This document shows positions 27,053-35,575 of a stretch of DNA of 50,308 nt, one piece after another. The position numbers and the translations under genes were made by a program. The stretch covers positions 1 through 50,308 of the forward strand of contig CAXBRK010000001.1 of assembly GCA_963978155.1 (NCBI GenBank). Direction: 5' to 3'. Source of the DNA: an uncultured Phycisphaera sp. Its GTDB lineage: Bacteria; Planctomycetota; Phycisphaerae; Phycisphaerales; SM1A02. Position 1 is the first letter of the stretch, and each line of letters starts with the position of its first letter. Under the pieces are notes generated by a model that was not told the origin of the DNA, ran no database searches, and saw nothing but the letters and a program-made list of their open reading frames with translations.

Positions 27053-29139
27053 GAGGCCACCCTTTGCGCTTGCTCTTGCATCTCACGATCAAGATGCTCA
27101 AGTTGTTCTTTGATTCGGGCCGCCGCCGCATCTTGACCAAGTTCTTTGTTGGCTCGGTAGCGCCAACTCAAAAAAGTTCTGCGTTCTGTTTGGTCACGAA
27201 AGTTGTAGGTCTGCTCGAGTTCACCAAGCAACTGTTGCACCGTCTCCCAGTCAGGGGGCGACTGGGCGGCCGCGATCCGGATTCGAAGACGCCATACTTC
27301 AAATTGATAAGGCTTGAGCTTTTGCGAGTGGCTGGGTGCCATGAACTCGGAAGAAGCCGTCAACAAAGCTCGCAACGCATCGGCGTGGTGTTCCAAGACC
27401 TCCCCTTCTTCAAAATCATCAGGGACCACAACGTTCCGGCCACCAATCAACGCACAGTGGGCGGTCAAAATCGACCGGGCAACCACCGCTTCGGGAGTGG
27501 CATCAAAAGAAGCTTGGGCGAGATGTCGTTCCGGCTGGGCTTGAGACTGCAACAAACCAAGCAGCGTCCGCGCGACTTTGATCCCCGCCTGAGTGGCTTG
27601 GCCTTCTGAGCCTTCAACATTGTCCTGCATTTGTCGGTCGGGGTCGCATCGCTCGAGTGCATCTTCGGCTTCCACCAAGAAGTTGGTGAACCGTTCCTCG
27701 TCAGATTCCAACGCGGCCAAAGCCAAAGCATTGATGGCGAGGGGAAAGAACACCTCGGCGCCGTGCGCAGCATCGCCTTGGTCGGCGAGCGCTGAACGCA
27801 ACAGGTACGCCCCTTCCAAATCTCCATGAAGATCACGGGCGGTCGCCAGCAGCATCCGGGCTTGGGTCAGGACTTTCACATCAGGCGTGAGGGTTTGAAA
27901 ACAAGGGGTCAAGAGAATCTCAACCCGATCAAGGAGCCGACCTGCCGTTTCACCTCCGACCGCGTGCGCTTCGCGTCCACGTCCCAGAGTGAAGTACGGA
28001 TCGAGGGATGTGGGCTGCTTGCCTGTGATCTCGGCCAAGCGAAGGTAACGCCGGGCAATCAACGTGCGCTCGGCAAACTCAGCGGCGGTGCTTCCCGGAG
28101 GCCAGATCCGTGAAAGCAGCGACTGGGTTTGGGGGAACAGCAACGCGTCGAAACGCTCCAAGCTGACCAGTTCTTGCTCGGGTGAATTTTGAGAGCGAAT
28201 CACACCGTCGGCAAAGGCATTGAGCAAGGCGACGTACTGGCCGCGACCAACCGGAATGCCCGGCGCCCGCTCAGGCTGCATTAGAAATCCGAGATGCTCA
28301 AGAAACTGCCGGCGATCTTGTTCCAAACCGAGCTCAGGGAAATGCCCCGCCGCCAACAAGACCAGATCGGGGTCATCGTGCCCCACATCCAAAAGGGATT
28401 GGGCCATCGAGGACCATTGATTCGGCGAGCGAAGGCAGGCGGCCAACAACCATTCACGCCACTCGTCCTGAGGCCCGTCCTTGGTCGCGGCCACATCGGG
28501 AAGATCATCGGGGCGCAACGGTGTGCGGAACAGATCTCGCCTGGTCATTGCCGAAAAGCCAGAGCTCGCCGGGAAGCGGGACACATTGACTGCCCCGGGG
28601 TGGTGGACAAATTCATATTCCAAGCGGTCGGGATCGGGCGCGGGGAAATTCAGGAGGTCGTCATCAATCCAATCGAGCACCACTTCAAGCCGGGCCAAGT
28701 CGTGGGTCTCGTAAAGGCAGGCGTACACCCGCTGAACCGTGCCTTCGGAAGGTCGAGCGGCGCGGAGAGCCTCAGGGGCGGGCATGTCGCCCAAGGCGCC
28801 ACCGATGAAGGCCACCTCCGCCCATGACCAAGCATCGGGAGAAGTTGGCACTTCAGGGGCGGACGCAGCATCGTCTGATTGGGCCGCATCCAAATCAGCG
28901 GGAGCCTCTTCAGGCCGGTCTGCTCGTCGGGCCTCAAGGATGGCCGTGGCGCGATCCAACTGACCTCGGGCCAACGCTTGCTCCAGCGTGGCATCTCGCG
29001 TGTCCATCGGGAAGGGGCGGAGCCCCCATCCCAACATGCCCAGACTCAACACCATCAGACCCCACCAGACTGGCCCAAGTTTGGGCGCAGCAGTTTCGGT
29101 CGATGCATTGGTTGTGGAACTGGACGCAGGGTCGCTCAA
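27049..29139 (-). CDS. Large membrane-anchored alpha-helical hypothetical protein, 696 aa
   Basis: TTG 29139 with GGAGG 7 nt upstream; TM VWWGLMVLSLGMLGWGL; Ala/Leu-rich helical repeats. Confidence 0.7.
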   Translation of the reverse strand: MSDPASSSTTNASTETAAPKLGPVWWGLMVLSLGMLGWGLRPFPMDTRDATLEQALARGQLDRATAILEARRADRPEEAPADLDAAQSDDAASAPEVPTSPDAWSWAEVAFIGGALGDMPAPEALRAARPSEGTVQRVYACLYETHDLARLEVVLDWIDDDLLNFPAPDPDRLEYEFVHHPGAVNVSRFPASSGFSAMTRRDLFRTPLRPDDLPDVAATKDGPQDEWREWLLAACLRSPNQWSSMAQSLLDVGHDDPDLVLLAAGHFPELGLEQDRRQFLEHLGFLMQPERAPGIPVGRGQYVALLNAFADGVIRSQNSPEQELVSLERFDALLFPQTQSLLSRIWPPGSTAAEFAERTLIARRYLRLAEITGKQPTSLDPYFTLGRGREAHAVGGETAGRLLDRVEILLTPCFQTLTPDVKVLTQARMLLATARDLHGDLEGAYLLRSALADQGDAAHGAEVFFPLAINALALAALESDEERFTNFLVEAEDALERCDPDRQMQDNVEGSEGQATQAGIKVARTLLGLLQSQAQPERHLAQASFDATPEAVVARSILTAHCALIGGRNVVVPDDFEEGEVLEHHADALRALLTASSEFMAPSHSQKLKPYQFEVWRLRIRIAAAQSPPDWETVQQLLGELEQTYNFRDQTERRTFLSWRYRANKELGQDAAAARIKEQLEHLDREMQEQAQRVAS

Positions 29140-29223
29140 CGTGGATCCTCCACTTGTATCCCGGTGGCAAGCCACCCCAGTGCCTCCTGCACTGTTGGGA
29201 TTCAGCAATATCGGCCGACTGGC

Positions 29224-30069
29224 TCAAGAGCCTGCAGTTTTTGCCGACCCCGCCGGGTCAAGGCCCTCCGGAATGACGGAAGTCTTTTGGGGACGGAGAC
29301 TTCGGCGCAGACGACTCAGATCAAACAAGCGATTCCAACGCTGCTGCTCCAAGGCGCGCCGAGGCTGGCGGAGCCAAAACGTGGCCGTGGCTTCCGGGGC
29401 TTGCAGCCGCCACTCCACCCGCTCGGGGAACCACTGTCCGGCGGAGCGCCCGTCGGCATCGTCCTTTGCGCGATCGATCACATTCCAGTCGCTGTACAAG
29501 ACCTCCAGTTGCCCATCAACGGTGGCCAAACGACTTGGCGGCGACCCGGCTTGGGTCGCAAAAAGTGTGGCGGGCCCCAACCGGCTTTGGACACGTTCGG
29601 GGGACCGCGGCCCGACGGCCGAAAGGGGTTGCAGCTGCCAGCCATCAAGCAAGCCGGCCAGCGGCAAACCAAAGATCAAAGTATTCGCGGCGGCTTCTGG
29701 TTCGATGATGGTGAGCTGGGTGGGCTCCGACAGCAAATCAAAAAGCCAAAGCTGGGTGCCATCACCGCCTACCCAGCCCAGGGTTTCTCCAAGTTTGCTG
29801 AATTGCAAGGCAAATGCTGATGGCGGCTGCCACCACAAATCGCAGTCCACTTGGGGTTCAAAATGTCGACGCCCCGCCTCATCGGTCCAGCGGAGTTCGC
29901 AAACCCCACTGCGATGCAGTTTGGTCAGCTGCTCACGATCTTCCCGCCAAGATTCTTGGGCCTCGGGTGAAAACACGCTCTCTTTCTTCTGGGGGCTTTG
30001 GCAACCCAGCAGGCCGAGCAACGCCACCACGAGAATGCCGGGATATCGAGGCCACGGCGAGGTGTTCAC
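29224..30069 (-). CDS. Putative lipoprotein
   Basis: Lipobox LLGLLG-C after a hydrophobic signal; beta-rich body. Confidence 0.7.
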   Translation of the reverse strand: MNTSPWPRYPGILVVALLGLLGCQSPQKKESVFSPEAQESWREDREQLTKLHRSGVCELRWTDEAGRRHFEPQVDCDLWWQPPSAFALQFSKLGETLGWVGGDGTQLWLFDLLSEPTQLTIIEPEAAANTLIFGLPLAGLLDGWQLQPLSAVGPRSPERVQSRLGPATLFATQAGSPPSRLATVDGQLEVLYSDWNVIDRAKDDADGRSAGQWFPERVEWRLQAPEATATFWLRQPRRALEQQRWNRLFDLSRLRRSLRPQKTSVIPEGLDPAGSAKTAGS

Positions 30070-30587
30070 AGTTCTCCGTCCAGAACTTCCGCCAACTCAG
30101 CCGCGATGCGCGCGACATCTTCTTCGGTCAACAAAGGCCGGATGACGCGCCTCGGCGGAGCATCGGGCATGCCCTTTTGCGCGAGGACCAAGCAGTCCCG
30201 CCCGTCGGCCTGTTCCATTCGGAGCTGGCGGAATACCCGCCGCTGCAAGAGGGCCAGAGCCAGGACGTACCGGAACGCTTCGGCCTCGGCATCATCCCGT
30301 TCTCCCAACGCATCACAAAGTTGCAGGACGGTCTCGGGATCAAGAGCCACGCCCCGTGGCGCCTCTTGGTCCGGCTGGACCCGCATCCAGTGGGCCACAC
30401 ACCCTTCGGGCTTTTGAGACCCGTAGGCCTCCTCCCAGGCAGTGGCTTGGTGGTCTCGACGGAGGTAGCCCTCGACACCAGCATCCTCAAAGAGCCCCAC
30501 CACCACGTGGTCTCCAGGGCCCAGAGGCTGTTCGGTCAAAGCACAGATCCCGGTGGAACGTCCGATTTTCCAAGTTGCGGTTGGCAT
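30066..30587 (-). CDS. Cytoplasmic hypothetical protein
   Basis: 173 aa with protein-like composition (FRYVLALALLQRRVFR); GTGA overlap with the lipoprotein gene. Confidence 0.75.
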   Translation of the reverse strand: MPTATWKIGRSTGICALTEQPLGPGDHVVVGLFEDAGVEGYLRRDHQATAWEEAYGSQKPEGCVAHWMRVQPDQEAPRGVALDPETVLQLCDALGERDDAEAEAFRYVLALALLQRRVFRQLRMEQADGRDCLVLAQKGMPDAPPRRVIRPLLTEEDVARIAAELAEVLDGEL

Positions 30588-30631
30588 GAGATGGTGCAGC
30601 CTACCGATTCCGAAAAGAGCCCGGACCTCGG

Positions 30632-30637
30632 TACACT
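30632..30637 (+). promoter_or_regulatory. Putative -10 box TACACT, leaderless cdaA
   Basis: 6 nt before GTG 30644; no SD. Confidence 0.5.
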
Positions 30638-30643
30638 CGCAAT

Positions 30644-31447
30644 GTGCTCGAAGCGCTCACCGAACTGATCCAAGCCGTCTGGCAGCAGCCGATCCAGGTG
30701 GCCATTGAATTGCTGCTCATCGCGGCGGTGATTTGGGTGCTGCTGGGCTACTTGTTGCGGACCCGAGCTGCGGCGGTCGTCATCCCCATCTCGATTTTTG
30801 TGCTGCTTCTGGTGGTCATTTTGGATCTGCTCAGCAGCGCCAGCGACGCTTTCGCCCGTCTCCGGGCGGTGGTGGACTGGGTCATCGGAGGCTCCCTGAT
30901 CGCCCTTTTGTTCGCCTTCCAGCCCGAGCTGCGGCAAGGTCTGATGAAGTTGGACCCTTCGCGATGGTTCGGTTCCGCTGGTCCGAGCGGTACGGCTTTG
31001 GCCATCGAAGCGGTCATCCAAGCGTCGAAACAAGCCTCACCGATCCGCCAAGGAATGATCGTGGCTTTCGAACGAAAAGCGAGCCTGGAACCGTTGGTGG
31101 AGTCGGGGATTCGAATCGACGCCTGCGTGTCCACTCCCCTGCTGATGTCGATCTTTCACAAGGAAAGTCCCTTGCACGACCTCGGCATTGTCGTGCGTCA
31201 TGATCGGATTGTTGCCGCCAAAGTGCAGTTCCCACTGGCCGAAGAAGGCTCTTCGGATCAAGCCTTGGGCTCCCGGCACCGGGCGGCCCTTGGACTTTCC
31301 GAAGAAACCGACGCGGTGGTGCTGGTGGTTTCAGAAGAGACCGGACATCTGTCGCTGGCGGTTGAGGGAGACCTGTCTTCCAACGTGAAGATTGACCAGC
31401 TTCGCGCCAAACTTCGTGGTTTGCTCTCGGAGGTTGAAAGCGAATGA
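30644..31447 (+). CDS. cdaA: Membrane diadenylate cyclase CdaA/DacA
   Basis: Three N-terminal TMs, FQPELRQGL, SPLHD, GSRHRAALGLSEETDA..VVSEETG. Confidence 0.93.
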   Translation: MLEALTELIQAVWQQPIQVAIELLLIAAVIWVLLGYLLRTRAAAVVIPISIFVLLLVVILDLLSSASDAFARLRAVVDWVIGGSLIALLFAFQPELRQGLMKLDPSRWFGSAGPSGTALAIEAVIQASKQASPIRQGMIVAFERKASLEPLVESGIRIDACVSTPLLMSIFHKESPLHDLGIVVRHDRIVAAKVQFPLAEEGSSDQALGSRHRAALGLSEETDAVVLVVSEETGHLSLAVEGDLSSNVKIDQLRAKLRGLLSEVESE

Positions 31448-32493
31448 ACAACGCTTCCTCATTGGCGAAAATCTTTGCCGTGGTTGGATTGACGGTGATG
31501 GTGTGGATTTTGGCCCACCAATCCACCCGAACCGAAGTGCTGGGGACCGTCACCCTGCGGTTGGTGTTGGGGGACGGTGAGGCGTTGGCGCCGAACCAAA
31601 CAACTGGTCCCCAGTGGCGCGTGGCGAACAACGAACGCAACGAACAGGTGATTGAAATCAAGGTCCGTGGCCTCGCGGCTCCAGCCGGCGCCCGCTGGCT
31701 CAACGGTGGTCCCACCGTCAATCTCCCTCTGATCGAACCCACCTCAACCGAACCCCAGGACGTCGATTTGGAATCGGCCCTCGAAAACAACTCGGAATTC
31801 AGTCAACGCGGGGTGACCGTGCTGAGTGTGGAGCCTCAAACGGCCCGCGTGCGTTTTGTCGAGGTGGTCCAAGTCAACGACGTCCGGATCCAGCCCGTGG
31901 GAACGGATGGTCGGGCGCTGGCTGATGTCACGACCGAGCCTGAACAAGTTGATGTGTGGCTGCCCTCTTCCCTGCTGGAATCCTTAGGTGGACCATCCGC
32001 CTTGGTCGTGGAAGCAGAAATTGGGGCCCGCGTCCGCCAAGAATTGGCCCGCAGCGGAACCTCCACGGCCCGGCTGCGAGGCTTACGCAACGCCGGAGAC
32101 CAGCCCCCTCTGCCACGGTTCACCCTGGAGGAGGTGGAGGTGCAAGGCAACCCCACTGCATCACAGTGGTACACCGTGCCCACGCCCGTTCAATTGCACG
32201 TGGCCGGTTCACCCGAAGCGAGCCCAGGCTACGAGTTGACGCCCCCCGCCATCTCCGGGGTCATGGTGGAGCTCAACCAAGAAGTGCGGAAAGAATTGGA
32301 AGCCCTCGACAACGTGGTGGTGCTCGGAATCATCCATCTTCGCCGTGACGAACGGGTGCCCGGCACCAACATCCAACATCGCATCGATCAATTTGTGATC
32401 CGCAGAGCCGATGGCTCGGTGGAGCCGGTGCGATGGAAGCTTCAGGATGCCCCATCAGAACTCGTAGAAATTCGGGTGCTTGGCTCAGAGTGA
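31444..32493 (+). CDS. CdaR/YbbR-like regulator
   Basis: Single N-terminal TM ending in W, beta-rich repeats (SVEPQTARV, TEPEQVDV); ATGA overlap with cdaA. Confidence 0.65.
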   Translation: MNNASSLAKIFAVVGLTVMVWILAHQSTRTEVLGTVTLRLVLGDGEALAPNQTTGPQWRVANNERNEQVIEIKVRGLAAPAGARWLNGGPTVNLPLIEPTSTEPQDVDLESALENNSEFSQRGVTVLSVEPQTARVRFVEVVQVNDVRIQPVGTDGRALADVTTEPEQVDVWLPSSLLESLGGPSALVVEAEIGARVRQELARSGTSTARLRGLRNAGDQPPLPRFTLEEVEVQGNPTASQWYTVPTPVQLHVAGSPEASPGYELTPPAISGVMVELNQEVRKELEALDNVVVLGIIHLRRDERVPGTNIQHRIDQFVIRRADGSVEPVRWKLQDAPSELVEIRVLGSE

Positions 32494-32524
32494 TATCGCA
32501 GCGGCGCGAAGCATCGATGAACGG

Positions 32525-33844
32525 TTAAGTCAGGTCAGCCGCGTCCAAAGCATGCCAATTTTTCCGGCCTCTTCGGAGCAACAGCCACCGTCCATGCAAA
32601 CGGTGCTCGGTGGTCAGCCGATCATCTTTGCCCAGTTTGATGCCATTGCAAGAAATCGCCCCGTTGCCCACGAATTCCCGTGCTTCACGGCGGCTTTGCG
32701 CGAGTGATGTGGTGGGCAACAGATCGACCAAATCAAGACCTTCGGCGGCAAACTCACGCGACTGGTCTGCATCCAAAGCACTGCCCGGGACCTCTTGGGC
32801 CAGAGCCTCGATTTGGGAAGCCGTCAGATCCGACAACTCCCCGCGTCCAAACAACGCTGAGGCCGCGGCTTCGGCGGCTTGTCGCTCCTCCACACCATGC
32901 ACCAGATCGGTGACCGCGTCGGCCAACCGGCGCTGGGCCAAACGTTCATGGGGCGCTTCGGCATGCTTGGCTTCAATTTCTTCGATTTCGCCTTGTTGGA
33001 AATCGGTGTACCAACGCAAGAAATTTCCGACGTCGGCATCATCTGCATTCAACCAGAACTGATGGAACCGGTAGGGACTGGTCATGTCCGCAGTCAGCCA
33101 AATTGCGCCTGACTCGGTCTTGCCGATCTTCTTCCCGTCGGCCTTGGTGACCAGCGGCGCGGTGACTCCGAATGCTTCTTGTCGTTGGTCGTCAGGACGT
33201 TCGCTCTGCTCACGCCGGATCAAATCCAACCCCGCAACAATGTTGCCGTACTGATCGCTGCCCGCGATTTGCAGCGTGCAATTGTCCTCTCGGAACAGAT
33301 GCAGGAAGTCGTAACCCTGCAAAATCATGTACGAGAACTCGGTGTAGGAAATGCCCTGCTCACGATTTTGCAGTCGGTCGCGTACCGAGTCCTTTTGGAT
33401 CATTTGGTTGACGCTGAAGTACTTGCCGACATCCCGAAGCATGTCGAGGTACGACATCGGTTCCAGCCAGTCCAAATTGTTGACCATGGTGGCGGCATTG
33501 GGTCCGTCAAAATCCAACAGCCGCTCAAAGATCTTTCGTTGAGAGGCCACGTTCTTCGCCACGTCATCACGGGTGCGGAGTTGACGCTCGGCATCTTTCC
33601 CCGAGGGATCTCCGATCAAACCGGTGCCCCCACCCAGAAGAACCACCGGCCGGTGACCCGCTTTTTGGAAGTGGCGAAGCAACATGATCGGGATGAGATT
33701 CCCAATGGTCAAGGAGTGGCTGGTGGGATCAAACCCGCAGTAGCCCACGCGACCTGGAGTGGCCAAATGATCTGAAACGGCTTCGTCACCGGTGGTTTGG
33801 TGCAACAAACCACGCCATTTGAGTTCGGCAAGGAAATCGGTCAC
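32525..33844 (-). CDS. tyrS: Tyrosine--tRNA ligase
   Basis: ELKWRGLL, YCGFDPT, GDPSGK, EFSYMILQGYDF, GSDQYGNI, KIGKTESG, S4-like C-terminus; GTG start 33844. Confidence 0.98.
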   Translation of the reverse strand: MTDFLAELKWRGLLHQTTGDEAVSDHLATPGRVGYCGFDPTSHSLTIGNLIPIMLLRHFQKAGHRPVVLLGGGTGLIGDPSGKDAERQLRTRDDVAKNVASQRKIFERLLDFDGPNAATMVNNLDWLEPMSYLDMLRDVGKYFSVNQMIQKDSVRDRLQNREQGISYTEFSYMILQGYDFLHLFREDNCTLQIAGSDQYGNIVAGLDLIRREQSERPDDQRQEAFGVTAPLVTKADGKKIGKTESGAIWLTADMTSPYRFHQFWLNADDADVGNFLRWYTDFQQGEIEEIEAKHAEAPHERLAQRRLADAVTDLVHGVEERQAAEAAASALFGRGELSDLTASQIEALAQEVPGSALDADQSREFAAEGLDLVDLLPTTSLAQSRREAREFVGNGAISCNGIKLGKDDRLTTEHRLHGRWLLLRRGRKNWHALDAADLT

Positions 33845-34449
33845 GGCCGTCCTCCCGTGGCCACCCGCCACAGATCCAAACGCTCTTGCAAACGCGCTCC
33901 ACGCCCCCCCATCAACCACAAGCCCACACCGGTTGGTGCCGCGAGCCCCAGGAGCAAGCCCACCAACAAGCCGAAGTTGTAGTTTTGTTCCACTTGATTG
34001 GGATCATTGGGGAGCGGAACATCCGGCCCGAAAGCAGCCTGCATGGCTTCATTCATTTCCAATTGGTAGTTGATGTTGGCCTCTTTGGTCAAGACGCCCA
34101 AAATCAGTGCCAACGCCGCCAAAAGCGCCCGGAGAATGGCCCACCAACGCAACCGAGCAACCGCTTTCCGGCTGGCCGTGATGAGTCCAATTCCGGCCAT
34201 CGCCTCAAGAATCACCAACAACGGTAAAGGCGCCATCGCCACGAAACCAACGACTTTGACGGTTTGTGGGACTTCAGGCCCTTCGTACCCCGGAACGAAT
34301 TGGGAAGCAAAAAAGTCGGGTTGAATCATCTGAAGCAGACCAAAGATGCCACAGCACAGACCGCTGACGGCATGGATCAGAATGAGAGATCCGGTGATCC
34401 GTGGCGGAGGCTGGAGATCGTTGGGATTGAGGTTGGACTCGAGGGTCAT
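33841..34449 (-). CDS. Membrane protein with four TM helices, hypothetical
   Basis: Four hydrophobic segments; between pheS and tyrS with a GTGA overlap. Confidence 0.75.
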   Translation of the reverse strand: MTLESNLNPNDLQPPPRITGSLILIHAVSGLCCGIFGLLQMIQPDFFASQFVPGYEGPEVPQTVKVVGFVAMAPLPLLVILEAMAGIGLITASRKAVARLRWWAILRALLAALALILGVLTKEANINYQLEMNEAMQAAFGPDVPLPNDPNQVEQNYNFGLLVGLLLGLAAPTGVGLWLMGGRGARLQERLDLWRVATGGRP

Positions 34450-34460
34450 GACGTATTCCC

Positions 34461-35459
34461 TTAGAACTGGTCCAAGAAGCGGGCGTCGTTTTCATACATC
34501 CAGCGGATGTCGGCGATGCCGTACCGACGCATTGCAATGCGTTCGACCCCAAGGCCAAAGGCAAATCCGGTGTAGCGTTCGGGATCAATCCCCACGGCTT
34601 CAAGCACGGCGGGATCCACCATGCCACAGCCACCGATTTCCATCCACTGCGTCTTGCCTTTGACCGTGATCTTCATGTCCACCTCGGCCGAAGGTTCGGT
34701 GAACGGAAAGAAAGAGGGACGCATGCGAGCTTCGGCTTCGGGCCCGAACATGGCACGCGCAAACTGCATCAGAGAAGTCTTGAGGTCCACCATGGAAACG
34801 CCCTCATCAATGCAGAGCCCCTCCACTTGATGGAACATCGAGTAATGGGTGGCGTCGTGGGTATCCGGCCGATACACCCGCCCCGCCGCAACGATGCGCA
34901 GCGGCGGCTTGTGGGCCTCCATGGTCCGAATCTGCACCGTTGAAGTCTGGGTGCGGAGCAACCGGGTGACATCGTCCTCACTGCCCCCCATGTAAAAGTT
35001 GTCGACGGGATCCCGAGCGGGGTGATCGGCCGGGATATTCAACGCATTGAAGTTGTGCCACTCATCTTCGACCTCAGGACCATGGGCCACGTCAAAGCCC
35101 ATGCGGCCGAAGACGTCCAAGATGGCATCCACCGTGGTGGAAATGGGATGGCGGCGTCCGCGACCGGGTGGCAGACCGGGTTCGGTGGGATCCAAAAGCG
35201 CGGCCGGGGAGCTTGCCTGTTCCAGGTTGGCTTTCCGCTCTTGGAAGGCCCCTTCCAAACGCTGCTTGACTTCATTGGCCCGCTGTCCCGCCAGAGGCTT
35301 CTGCTCCTTGGGGACGTCTTTCATCATGCCCATGACACTTTTGAGGGCGCCCTTGGACCCCAAATGCTCCACCCGCCAGGCTTCAAGGCCGGGGGCATCT
35401 TGGATCGACGACAACGAGGCCAAGGCAGAAGATTCGAGATCTGCGAGCGCTTCAATCAT
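34461..35459 (-). CDS. pheS: Phenylalanine--tRNA ligase alpha subunit
   Basis: NFNALNIPADHPARD, LRTQTS, GRVYR, FHQVEG, FPFTEPSAE, GFAFGLGVER. Confidence 0.98.
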   Translation of the reverse strand: MIEALADLESSALASLSSIQDAPGLEAWRVEHLGSKGALKSVMGMMKDVPKEQKPLAGQRANEVKQRLEGAFQERKANLEQASSPAALLDPTEPGLPPGRGRRHPISTTVDAILDVFGRMGFDVAHGPEVEDEWHNFNALNIPADHPARDPVDNFYMGGSEDDVTRLLRTQTSTVQIRTMEAHKPPLRIVAAGRVYRPDTHDATHYSMFHQVEGLCIDEGVSMVDLKTSLMQFARAMFGPEAEARMRPSFFPFTEPSAEVDMKITVKGKTQWMEIGGCGMVDPAVLEAVGIDPERYTGFAFGLGVERIAMRRYGIADIRWMYENDARFLDQF

Positions 35460-35466
35460 GCCGCTC

Positions 35467-35472
35467 AGTGTA
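35467..35472 (-). promoter_or_regulatory. Putative -10 box TACACT, leaderless pheS
   Basis: 7 nt before ATG 35459, downstream of the r-protein operon terminator. Confidence 0.5.
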
Positions 35473-35512
35473 TCTGAACGAGAGTCCGGTTCGATGGATC
35501 GATTCCGGAGCG

Positions 35513-35546
35513 AAACAAAGTTCGCCCCGCAGGATGCGGGGCGAAC
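35513..35546 (-). terminator. Intrinsic terminator of the ribosomal protein operon
   Basis: 12-bp perfect stem GTTCGCCCCGCA/TGCGGGGCGAAC followed by TTTGTTT on the minus strand, 30 nt after rplQ. Confidence 0.88.
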
Positions 35547-35575
35547 ATCATTGACTTGGATATCAGACCGAGTGA

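Noticed and set aside
29140-29208. TTG 29208 as start of the large membrane protein
   Set aside because: No SD; TTG 29139 has GGAGG at good spacing
35520-35546. Palindrome as REP element or CRISPR repeat
   Set aside because: Single copy with a U-tract after rplQ; explained as a terminator
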